From the IMG/VR virus record IMGVR_UViG_3300023179_000041, positions 1-64,000 of that record: DNA of 64,000 bases; one strand, given 5' to 3'. Below, one piece after another: positions 1 through 7,005 of the stretch; the first letter of the stretch is position 1; every line of letters starts with the position of its first letter. The stretch is from a virus. The position numbers and the translations under genes are program-made. Under the pieces are notes generated by a model, which did not search any database, was not told the origin of the DNA, and worked only from the letters and a program-made list of their open reading frames with translations.

Positions 1-54
1 TGTGATACACTGATAACAGAGGGGAAATACCACAGGCTCACAAGGAGGGCTGAA
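1..54 (+). promoter_or_regulatory. Extended -10 promoter (truncated by window start) and conserved leader/RBS cassette
   Basis: TGTGATACACT then CACAGGCTCACAAGGAGGGCTGAAATG; the same cassette recurs at 1089-1147 and, slightly diverged, at 1720-1786. Confidence 0.75.
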
Positions 55-210
55 ATGAAAAAGAAGTACGAGTGCTGGCAGTGTGCCGAAGTCGTCGCCG
101 AGGAGAGAGTCGATATGTGGCTCGACAACGACGAAGACCTCGGGCTCGCAGCCAGCGACCGAGAGAATCGCAAAAAGCAGTTCGTAGTCTGCAAGGGCTG
201 CAACCGCTGA
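55..210 (+). CDS. Small zinc-ribbon-like early protein (51 aa)
   Basis: MKKKYECWQC...VVCKGCNR with two CxxC pairs; strong AAGGAGG RBS; too short for the ORF track. Confidence 0.75.
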   Translation: MKKKYECWQCAEVVAEERVDMWLDNDEDLGLAASDRENRKKQFVVCKGCNR

Positions 211-217
211 GGGTCGC

Positions 218-249
218 CCCGAGGGAGAAGGGAAACTTTCTCCCTCGGG
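218..249 (+). terminator. GC-rich hairpin after the zinc-ribbon ORF
   Basis: CCCGAGGGAGAA...TTCTCCCTCGGG 12-bp stem. Confidence 0.5.
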
Positions 250-278
250 TTGCAATCTGTCTAACACTATGCTATACT
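250..278 (+). promoter_or_regulatory. Sigma70/SigA-type promoter
   Basis: TTGCAA-N17-TATACT with TG extension. Confidence 0.8.
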
Positions 279-298
279 GATAACAGGAGGAAAAAACA

Positions 299-457
299 AT
301 GACACCAAACGAAGAAATGCTCGATATGATTATCTGGAACAAAGTAGAGGCTGCGTGGTACGGAGTACCCGCGGGCAAGTTCACTCGCCGTGAGGTTCTG
401 CAGCGAATGAACGACCGCCTCGCAAAGGCTCGCAAAGAACGAGAGAAGGCGGGCTGA
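299..457 (+). CDS. Small early hypothetical protein (52 aa)
   Basis: AGGAGG RBS; MTPNEEMLDMIIWNKVEAAWYG...KEREKAG; directly downstream of a promoter. Confidence 0.7.
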   Translation: MTPNEEMLDMIIWNKVEAAWYGVPAGKFTRREVLQRMNDRLAKARKEREKAG

Positions 458-530
458 TGCTCTTGGTGATGGTGGGGGCGAGTCTCGCAATATTGGCATT
501 TAAGTGGATGGAAAAAAATAGTCGCGGGCG

Positions 531-559
531 TTGATTTCGACCCACGAACGTGATACAAT
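531..559 (+). promoter_or_regulatory. Sigma70/SigA-type promoter
   Basis: TTGATT-N17-TACAAT, TG extension, upstream A-tract. Confidence 0.7.
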
Positions 560-595
560 GGAAGCAGGGCAGAGAGAAAGGAACAAGGGAGAAAA

Positions 596-688
596 ATGGT
601 CATTGAAATTTATGACTGGATGACCGCGGTCCCGGTGGCAGTCGCTGCCGTCGTTATCGCAATCATCTTCAAAGCAAAAAAGAAATAA
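596..688 (+). CDS. Small single-pass membrane peptide (30 aa)
   Basis: MVIEIYDWMTAVPVAVAAVVIAIIFKAKKK; hydrophobic helix with basic tail; AAGGGAG RBS. Confidence 0.6.
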   Translation: MVIEIYDWMTAVPVAVAAVVIAIIFKAKKK

Positions 689-741
689 GCGCCAAAGGCG
701 CCTCGCGGGTCGGAAGATTGCCCGCGAGGCGCTCAGGGCGA

Positions 742-820
742 GAGCGGGAGCCCGTGCCCCCAAGGGAACGCCTTGTGCAAAAATAAAACCAATATTCGAG
801 AAACACCATATTTTGGGCGG
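742..820 (+). repeat. About 80-bp imperfect direct repeat, copy 1 (copy 2 at 2006-2085)
   Basis: Shared GAGCGGGAGCC..CCCCAAGGGAACG..AAATAAA..ACACCATWTTTTGGG. Confidence 0.7.
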
Positions 821-830
821 CCGGGAGCAG

Positions 831-971
831 CAAGTGAAAGTTCGCACTTTCACAAGCGGGGGCGAAGGGGAAAGAGGCTGTCAGGGGCAGAAGTAGGGGA
901 GGGCAGGTGTATTCGCGGGGGCGAAGGGCGAAGGGGACACGCGGGTTTGTGAAAGTGCGAACAAGCACTTG
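831..971. repeat. 26-bp imperfect inverted repeat flanking a G-rich spacer
   Basis: CAAGTGAAAGTTCGCACTTTCACAAG (831-856) vs TTTGTGAAAGTGCGAACAAGCACTTG (946-971), 4 mismatches. Confidence 0.7.
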
Positions 972-986
972 TTAGGCAAGCCTGAC
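971..986. promoter_or_regulatory. IdeR/DtxR-like operator
   Basis: GTTAGG-CAAG-CCTGAC matches the TTAGG-N4-CCTAA unit of the DtxR/IdeR iron box. Confidence 0.5.
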
Positions 987-1033
987 ACGCGACCACCGAG
1001 AGTGACTGCGACCACCCAGGGTAGTCAGTCGTT

Positions 1034-1055
1034 TGTCACACAAATGTCACACAAA
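1034..1055 (+). promoter_or_regulatory. 11-bp tandem repeat, OmpR/PhoB-family (MtrA-like) box
   Basis: TGTCACACAAA x2, perfect, just upstream of the 1071 promoter. Confidence 0.5.
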
Positions 1056-1070
1056 AAGTTGCCTCAAAAG

Positions 1071-1099
1071 TTGCAATCAGTCGGGCAGTGTGATACACT
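1071..1099 (+). promoter_or_regulatory. Sigma70/SigA-type promoter
   Basis: TTGCAA-N17-TACACT with TG extension. Confidence 0.8.
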
Positions 1100-1144
1100 G
1101 TTCTTAGTGGGGAAAGTCCCCACAGGCTCACAAGGAGGGCTGAA

Positions 1145-1384
1145 ATGGAAGGCATCATCGGAAGGCGGGTAGCGACACCAGCGAACCCGACGGCTTGGCT
1201 GCGGGACAACGCACGCCAGGGCGCAATGCGCTACACGAGGGACGGCGTCACCGTCTATGTCATCGGGACCAAGGTCACCTATGGCGACCCAGACAAGGGC
1301 ACCGAGCAGCACCCACTGTTCGCCCCCCAGGGCGCCCTAGGGCGTCGCTACACCGACACCAGCGCCAAGCCCCAACTCGACTAA
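1145..1384 (+). CDS. Early hypothetical protein, paralog of 2393-2665
   Basis: AAGGAGG RBS; AWLRDNARQGAMRYTRDGVTV resembles AYLRDNAQHGATLVTRNGVSV. Confidence 0.75.
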   Translation: MEGIIGRRVATPANPTAWLRDNARQGAMRYTRDGVTVYVIGTKVTYGDPDKGTEQHPLFAPQGALGRRYTDTSAKPQLD

Positions 1385-1575
1385 GGGCGACCCCCGAGGG
1401 GGCGGGCACCGCGGGGTGCTCGCCCCCCAAGGGGCGTCCGGGAGCCGCGCGGGTCGGCGTAGGGACACGCGGGCAGAGGGGTCACCAGACGCGCGGAGGG
1501 GCCCCCAGAGCGCCCAAGGAGCCCCCAGAGCGGCGCAGGGCAGCCCCAGGGCGGCAGGCGCAGGGCACGCAAGGG

Positions 1576-1589
1576 CGAACATATGTTCG
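1576..1589. promoter_or_regulatory. LexA (SOS/Cheo) box
   Basis: CGAACATATGTTCG, perfect CGAAC-N4-GTTCG. Confidence 0.7.
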
Positions 1590-1701
1590 CCCGCAGGCGA
1601 GGGCGAGCGACACCGGCACGGGAGCCGCGCGGGAAAGTCGCGAAACCGAGGAAAAACGAGGTTTCTTCGGAGGGCCGCGAGAAAAAATATCACCGCGGGA
1701 G

Positions 1702-1730
1702 TTGCGAACGGCTCAAGGGTGTGATACAAT
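1702..1730 (+). promoter_or_regulatory. Sigma70/SigA-type promoter
   Basis: TTGCGA-N17-TACAAT, TG extension, A-tract upstream. Confidence 0.75.
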
Positions 1731-1783
1731 AGAGACAGAGGGGAAAGGTTCCCCTCGGCAAGAGGCTCACAAGGAGGGCTCAA

Positions 1784-1960
1784 ATGCGCGCAATCAAGGA
1801 AGAAGACCTGCCAGCCGTAATCACCGTGCACGGCGACACCTTCAAGACAGACCTGCGGGTTGTCGAGTTGGTGTGGGTGTCGGACGAGGACGGGACGCTG
1901 TGCGTCGCTCTGGAGAACGGCGACCTCTTCGAGGGTCCGTTCGAGTTCTTCGGCGTCTAA
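1784..1960 (+). CDS. Small acidic early protein (58 aa)
   Basis: AAGGAGG RBS; MRAIKEEDLPAVITVHGDTF...GPFEFFGV. Confidence 0.7.
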   Translation: MRAIKEEDLPAVITVHGDTFKTDLRVVELVWVSDEDGTLCVALENGDLFEGPFEFFGV

Positions 1961-2102
1961 ACCAATCGGCAGCGTGGGGGAGGGCAACCTCTCCCACGCT
2001 GGTGGGAGCGGGAGCCAGGCCCCCCAAGGGAACGGCCTGCCCCGAAATAAATCCGAAATATCTGGAACACCATTTTTTGGGGCGGGGACCGCGCGCCGCG
2101 CG

Positions 2103-2128
2103 AGCGTGTTAGGCGTGCCTAACACGCT
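2103..2128. promoter_or_regulatory. Palindrome containing an IdeR/DtxR-like operator
   Basis: AGCGTGTTAGGC-GT-GCCTAACACGCT; core TTAGG-N4-CCTAA. Confidence 0.55.
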
Positions 2129-2147
2129 TTGACCACTCTCCGCGGTT

Positions 2148-2163
2148 GTTAGGTGAACCTTAC
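2148..2163. promoter_or_regulatory. IdeR/DtxR-like operator
   Basis: GTTAGG-TGAA-CCTTAC. Confidence 0.5.
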
Positions 2164-2392
2164 AAGGTACACGCTATCCGACGAAATAGGTAGGACTATC
2201 GGTACTAGCGACGCGCTCGCGCCTACCCTCTCGCGCTCGCCGTGACCCTCTCGCGAGCCTCAAAAAAATCTTTGCGGAAGACTTGCGCAAGTGTCTAACA
2301 GTGTGCCTAGAATGTCTCTCGTGAGCACGACGACAACCGCGACAACCGTTACGGCGCGACGCGCTCACAGTCTCACGAAAGGGACAACAGAA

Positions 2393-2665
2393 ATGAGCAC
2401 ATACACAGAGCACACGCCCGCGTGCGTGTTGCCACAGCCGACGAATGTCGTCGCCTACTTGCGCGATAACGCGCAACACGGCGCGACGCTAGTCACGCGC
2501 AACGGCGTAAGCGTCGTTGAGACAGGACACAGCGTGTCGCGCTATGTCGCGCAACCGCCAAAGCGCCTTGCGTACCGTCACATAAACCGCGGCGTCATCG
2601 GTAGCACCGCGACGCTAGGACATAGCGCGAGTGACCTACTTCGCGCTGACATTAGCGAGGCGTAA
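2393..2665 (+). CDS. Early hypothetical protein, paralog of 1145-1384
   Basis: GAAAGGGAC RBS; upstream TTGCGC...TAGAAT promoter-like sequence (2283-2313); shared LRDNA..GA...TR.GV motif. Confidence 0.7.
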   Translation: MSTYTEHTPACVLPQPTNVVAYLRDNAQHGATLVTRNGVSVVETGHSVSRYVAQPPKRLAYRHINRGVIGSTATLGHSASDLLRADISEA

Positions 2666-2700
2666 GAGCGAGCACGGCGCGCGTACCCCCCGCGCGCGCC

Positions 2701-2750
2701 GTGCCACTCTCAGAACCTACGACACGGCGCGTAGGTTCTGAGAGTGGCAC
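2701..2750. repeat. Perfect 21-bp inverted repeat (hairpin)
   Basis: GTGCCACTCTCAGAACCTACG-N8-CGTAGGTTCTGAGAGTGGCAC. Confidence 0.85.
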
Positions 2751-2791
2751 AAATGCCACTCACAACACAACACAGAAAGAGAGAAACAGAA

Positions 2792-3304
2792 ATGACTACC
2801 CACACACAACGACACACGGCGCGCCCGTCGCGCTCGCGTGTCACTCGCGCGCGCGTAGGCGCGTGGATAGACAGAAATAGCGACACGCTCACGGCGCTCG
2901 CCGTCGCGACTGTCGTCGTTATTCTGACGACCCTCACCGCGCTCGCGCTAATCAGTGACGGGATTAGCGCCCGTGACGCAATAGGCGCTAGCGCCGTGAC
3001 GCTCGCGTCAGTAGTGTTCGCGTCGTTCTTCGCGTACGCGATTACTGACGACCGCGCAACACGACGCGCCTACGCTCGCTACTCGCGTTCTCACGCGCAA
3101 GTAGTCGCGACGCTCAATAGTCAAATCGCTAACGCTAAGCGCGAAACGCGCGAGGCTATCGGTGGCAAGGCTACGAGCGAGATGAGCGCCTACGAGATAA
3201 GCGCGGAACTCGCGCGCCTCAGTGAGCGCGAGTATCAGTTACGGTACGCCTTGCGCTACTCGCGTACCGATGGAATGGCGACAAGCACGGCGCTACGCAA
3301 GTAG
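2792..3304 (+). CDS. Two-TM membrane protein with C-terminal coiled coil
   Basis: Two hydrophobic helices, helical tail, AGAAAGAGAG RBS. Confidence 0.65.
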   Translation: MTTHTQRHTARPSRSRVTRARVGAWIDRNSDTLTALAVATVVVILTTLTALALISDGISARDAIGASAVTLASVVFASFFAYAITDDRATRRAYARYSRSHAQVVATLNSQIANAKRETREAIGGKATSEMSAYEISAELARLSEREYQLRYALRYSRTDGMATSTALRK

Positions 3305-3322
3305 CACACGCTCACGCGCGAC

Positions 3323-3359
3323 ACGGCGCGCCACTCTCGCGATGAGAGTGGCGCGCCGT
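3323..3359 (+). terminator. Perfect 16-bp hairpin
   Basis: ACGGCGCGCCACTCTC-GCGAT-GAGAGTGGCGCGCCGT after the stop codon. Confidence 0.6.
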
Positions 3360-3580
3360 TGTCGTATCTGGCAACACGCTCGCGCCGTGTCTCTCACGCG
3401 CTCACGCTCGCGCCGTGACGCTCGCACACTCTCACGCGCCAGAATGGGCGAACCTTGCCACACGCGCTCAGACCCTCGCTAGCGCGTCAGAATGGCGCGC
3501 CCGCTATCTAAGTACCCTCGCGCCGTTATCGCGCGCCTATGAGCCTTAGAACGGCGCTCGCGAAAACGCGCACAAGCAGG

Positions 3581-3594
3581 CGAACAAGTGTTCG
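3581..3594. promoter_or_regulatory. LexA box
   Basis: CGAACAAGTGTTCG. Confidence 0.7.
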
Positions 3595-3607
3595 GTCGGC
3601 GGCAGTC

Positions 3608-3616
3608 TGTGGATAA
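3608..3616 (-). promoter_or_regulatory. DnaA box
   Basis: TGTGGATAA is the reverse complement of consensus TTATCCACA; lies between two LexA boxes. Confidence 0.55.
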
Positions 3617-3636
3617 CTTCGTCTATCCGACGAAAT

Positions 3637-3650
3637 CGAACAAGTGTTCG
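3637..3650. promoter_or_regulatory. LexA box
   Basis: CGAACAAGTGTTCG, identical to 3581-3594. Confidence 0.7.
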
Positions 3651-3784
3651 CAATACCCCCCCCACCTTGACCACGCTGAGTGGTCGAGTGGGGCGCGGAC
3701 TAAGCCCTCCTCAAGTTTGCAACCTAAATTGTGCTGTATAGGTGTCCTAATCTCGACCTGAATCCCGCTATCATGACATCAAAA

Positions 3785-3997
3785 CCAGCGGTGTGTGCGT
3801 GTGAATGATTGTCTCCACACAGCACACTTCCTCCTTACCACTGCTGGCAGACCAGTGGGCTCGGCCATATGTCTGCCATCACAAATCCACCGCGAACGTG
3901 CGTGACATCACTACACTGATTGATGGGCAGTGATGGCTTTATCATTTCAGCCACCTTTCTCACCGCTGGCATACCGGTGACACTGTCCTGTATGCCA
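3785..3997 (+). ncRNA. Candidate structured RNA with two pseudoknots
   Basis: Closing helix CCAGCGGTG/CACCGCTGG; H-type pseudoknot CCACTG/CAGTGG plus TGGCAGAC/GTCTGCCA; further hairpins; no convincing ORF. Confidence 0.55.
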
Positions 3998-4002
3998 CTC
4001 AT

Positions 4003-4075
4003 GCCCGTGAAGCATATTTGGCTATGCACCTCACTTGTAATGAGGAGACAGTGGGTTCGACTCCCACCATGGGCT
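4003..4075 (+). tRNA. tRNA-Thr(UGU)
   Basis: Acceptor GCCCGTG/CATGGGC; anticodon arm CCTCA-CTTGTAA-TGAGG; T arm GTGGG-TTCGACT-CCCAC. Confidence 0.9.
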
Positions 4076-4090
4076 CAATAGGATGAACGC

Positions 4091-4390
4091 ATGACTGAAC
4101 TAAAGATGGAATGTGGTGAAGGATGGCGTCACTTGGTTGAAGCGTGTCACCAAGAACTCCTTGCGATTGACCCCAACTACACCCCGACACAAATCAAAGA
4201 AAAGTTCGGACACCTTCGTTACTACTTTGACACCACCCTCAAGTTTGAAGACCCCAACTTCCACCACATGCACAGGATTGCCAATCGTTATGAACTGAAG
4301 TCGATGTGGATGTGTGAAGTGTGCGGCGAAAAAGGTGAAACAATCGCCAGGAATGGCTGGCACAAAACTCTGTGCGAGAATCATAAGTAG
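4091..4390 (+). CDS. Conserved phage protein with C-terminal Zn-binding motif
   Basis: QIKEKFGHLRYY motif; CEVCG...LCENH. Confidence 0.75.
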   Translation: MTELKMECGEGWRHLVEACHQELLAIDPNYTPTQIKEKFGHLRYYFDTTLKFEDPNFHHMHRIANRYELKSMWMCEVCGEKGETIARNGWHKTLCENHK

Positions 4391-5359
4391 ATGAGTAAAA
4401 GTGGCTGGGCAGTTCAACTAGGAGATGACAAACCTAAGTACGACTTGATGCGCATGGCTATGCCAGAAGAACAAGTCCAGTCACTCAATAAAACCAAGCG
4501 CCTAGAGCGGATGCATCTCCTCATCCAAGAGGCACATGAACTCCTCGATTTTGGAATCAAGACGATGATTACTGATGAGAAAAAAAGAGTTGCGGCAATT
4601 TGTGTTTTGTACTCTGGAGGAAACGACTCGACATGTCTTGCTCACCTATTTAAAGACAAGGCAGATTATGCCGTTCACGCCAACACCACAATCGGGATTG
4701 AAAAGACTCGTCAATTCGTGAGAGATACGTGTAAACAGTGGGAACTGCCGCTTCTTGAGTATGTTCCACCTCCAGGTTCTACATACAGAGAATTGATTCT
4801 TGAGGATGGTTTTCCTGGTCCAGGAATGCATTGGAAGATGTATCAAAGACTGAAGGAAAGATGCCTGCGGCAAGCCCGGTCGGAGTTGGTGAAGAAACCC
4901 CGTCAGGAAAGAGTGGTGTTTCTCTCCGGACGAAGAAGGACAGAATCAGCACGAAGAGCGAGCGTGCCAGAACTCACTCGCACTCGTTCAATGGTGTGGA
5001 TAAGTCCGCTGGTGAATTGGACCAAGACTGACCTGTACACGTACAGGGATTGGGCTGGTGATGTGCCCCGCAATGAGGTGTCAGACCTCATTCATATGTC
5101 TGGAGAATGTTTGTGTGGAGCATTCGCCCACAAGGACGAACTGAGCGAGATTGAAGCGTTCTTTCCTGAAGTGGTCGTAGAAATACGCAAACTAGAGAGA
5201 GAGGTTGCAGCAACTGGGAAGCATCCGCCAAAAGTCTGCAAGTGGGGATGGGGCGCAACACAGAAACTGACCGTCGATGACCTTAAGTCTGGTCCGCTGT
5301 GTTCAAGTTGCGAATACAGACAGGAAACCCTGTTCGAAGACCAAGAGCGAACGCACTAA
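4391..5359 (+). CDS. PAPS reductase-family (PP-loop) protein
   Basis: YSGGNDS PP-loop, GRRRTES, SPLVNW, SGECLCG. Confidence 0.85.
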   Translation: MSKSGWAVQLGDDKPKYDLMRMAMPEEQVQSLNKTKRLERMHLLIQEAHELLDFGIKTMITDEKKRVAAICVLYSGGNDSTCLAHLFKDKADYAVHANTTIGIEKTRQFVRDTCKQWELPLLEYVPPPGSTYRELILEDGFPGPGMHWKMYQRLKERCLRQARSELVKKPRQERVVFLSGRRRTESARRASVPELTRTRSMVWISPLVNWTKTDLYTYRDWAGDVPRNEVSDLIHMSGECLCGAFAHKDELSEIEAFFPEVVVEIRKLEREVAATGKHPPKVCKWGWGATQKLTVDDLKSGPLCSSCEYRQETLFEDQERTH

Positions 5360-5389
5360 CTATCCGGCTTGGCCGCATAGGGTCAGGCC

Positions 5390-5584
5390 ATGAACATGGA
5401 AGATAGGGAAGTACAACTACTCCTCTATCGCGCCGACGCTGCTGAGACCGAGTGTCAAGAGTGGCAGTACGTTGCCGACAAACTGTACCGAGCACTGGTT
5501 CTGGAAAAGAACCGACGTGGTGTTGCGTATCAGGATGTCGATATCGTTGCAGACGCGATTGAGGCGTATCAAAAGATTGCTTAG
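5390..5584 (+). CDS. Hypothetical protein
   Basis: ORF in operon context. Confidence 0.55.
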   Translation: MNMEDREVQLLLYRADAAETECQEWQYVADKLYRALVLEKNRRGVAYQDVDIVADAIEAYQKIA

Positions 5585-5892
5585 GTTATTTCGTCTGTGG
5601 GGCGACCCAGCAGGCGTTGTGCCCTGAGTATGAGGGTTCTCTCGCGCGCTGACTTGCCGCCCCAGATGCCAAATCGCTCATTGGTTTCCAATGCAAACTT
5701 CAAACAATCAATCCTTACCGTACACTCTTTACAAATACTCTTTGCCCTACGGAGTTTTTCCACATCTCCAGGCGCGGGGTAGAAGGTATCAACGGGTTCG
5801 TCAAAACAATTTTTATACTTCATCCACTTTGGGCGATTTATCTTCAGGCCGATAGACGGGAAGTCGAGGTCCCATTCGTTGTAGTAGGCCAT
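5581..5892 (-). CDS. whiB: WhiB-family Fe-S transcription factor
   Basis: C...CxxCxxxxxC and FGIWGG(K)SARER. Confidence 0.92.
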   Translation of the reverse strand: MAYYNEWDLDFPSIGLKINRPKWMKYKNCFDEPVDTFYPAPGDVEKLRRAKSICKECTVRIDCLKFALETNERFGIWGGKSARERTLILRAQRLLGRPTDEIT

Positions 5893-6045
5893 AAGTGTGC
5901 GATAGTGTAACAGAGTGTGATAACACCAAGAAGCACGATTAAACGCGGCAGTCTGCTACTGTATCTTTATGGAATTTTGCAATGAGGTTGAAATGGTATG
6001 GCAATTGAGCGGGCGGGGAAACATCAAAATCCTATCGAATAGAGG

Positions 6046-6252
6046 ATGTATACAGCAATGTTTGTAAAAAATTTCCGGTTGGCTTTGTCCGACCAGCGCG
6101 AACAACTTTTGGAACAACTGGAGACGGAACTGGCTATCGGGTGGACGAACGTCTCTCATCCAATGGACCGAAAGGCGATGATTCTCAAAGAATTGGTCGA
6201 AACAATTCATTTAGCGATGGAAGAAGAAGAAGCAAAAAAGGACAGGAACTGA
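6046..6252 (+). CDS. Hypothetical protein
   Basis: Helical ORF coupled to the next gene. Confidence 0.55.
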   Translation: MYTAMFVKNFRLALSDQREQLLEQLETELAIGWTNVSHPMDRKAMILKELVETIHLAMEEEEAKKDRN

Positions 6253-6695
6253 TGTACGACTGTGAATACGACCTGCAGGAGGCGCTAAGCCAATTCCACC
6301 TGGACTGCGATAAATCATCTTCATACACAGTAAATGTCCCCCTGTATGCGGTCGAGGATGCAATTGAGCGACTCAAAAGATACGAGGTAATTGTTTCAAA
6401 CTTTATGCTCGTCTCTAATTTTTTGTGGAAAGAGCATTTGCGCAAGTACGGGGAAAGAAAGATTCACGACAAAGAAACACCAGAAGGCGTATTTCAACAG
6501 GACCTCTACAAAAGAATGTGCTCGTTTGTTGACCATGTAGAAACACCTGTCGACGTAGATTCTTCGTTTGTTGAGATTGCCCTACAGATGTCAAGATTCT
6601 TAACCGGAGACCCGACTGGCTTGAGTCAATATCAACACAAAGAAGAAGAAATTTTTGAGCGCTTGGAAAACCTTGGGGAAGGCGAAAGTGGCTGA
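6252..6695 (+). CDS. Hypothetical protein
   Basis: TGATG coupling; start at MYDCEY. Confidence 0.6.
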   Translation: MYDCEYDLQEALSQFHLDCDKSSSYTVNVPLYAVEDAIERLKRYEVIVSNFMLVSNFLWKEHLRKYGERKIHDKETPEGVFQQDLYKRMCSFVDHVETPVDVDSSFVEIALQMSRFLTGDPTGLSQYQHKEEEIFERLENLGEGESG

Positions 6696-7005
6696 GAGAG
6701 TAAGGGTGATGCCCGTATCACGCGAACCGCGGCAGTTGTCAGAGCACGACGCGGCGCGTCTAAAAAGACGCAGGGACGCATTGGACGCCCTGCGGAAACA
6801 GACGAAAGCAGCAGAGAATCGCCTCCGGTTCGACATCTTTAATACATGGAGAACCGGTGCCGGGACCATGGAGGCCATTGCCAAAGCCTCTGGTTACTCC
6901 ACCGATTGGGTTGGGAAATTGATTGACCGTATCCGCAACCGCGACAAATTGCTGGAGATGGCGATTGACGAATACCTGAAGGAGAATCCAGGTGCAACAC
7001 TCTGA
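6688..7005 (+). CDS. Putative HTH DNA-binding protein
   Basis: TMEAIAKASGYSTDWVGKLI HTH-like pattern. Confidence 0.55.
   Translation: MAERVRVMPVSREPRQLSEHDAARLKRRRDALDALRKQTKAAENRLRFDIFNTWRTGAGTMEAIAKASGYSTDWVGKLIDRIRNRDKLLEMAIDEYLKENPGATL

Noticed and set aside
1195-2125. Long ORFs 1195..2112 (+) and 1337..2125 (-)
   Set aside because: Low-complexity Arg/Gly/Pro products of GC-rich DNA; they overlap better-supported promoter-RBS-ORF cassettes
1-3700. Repeats as a CRISPR array or mini-array
   Set aside because: Repeats are irregularly spaced, of several kinds, and lack constant repeat-spacer periodicity; the exonuclease at 19512 is a typical phage recombination enzyme, not part of a cas operon
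3785-4075. tmRNA
   Set aside because: Pseudoknots are present, but there is no tRNA-Ala-like 5' end or tag ORF; the TTCGA arm belongs to a complete tRNA-Thr
4391-5359. Dnd/Ssp phosphorothioation system or sulfate assimilation CysH
   Set aside because: No partner genes in the window; only family-level assignment is supportable
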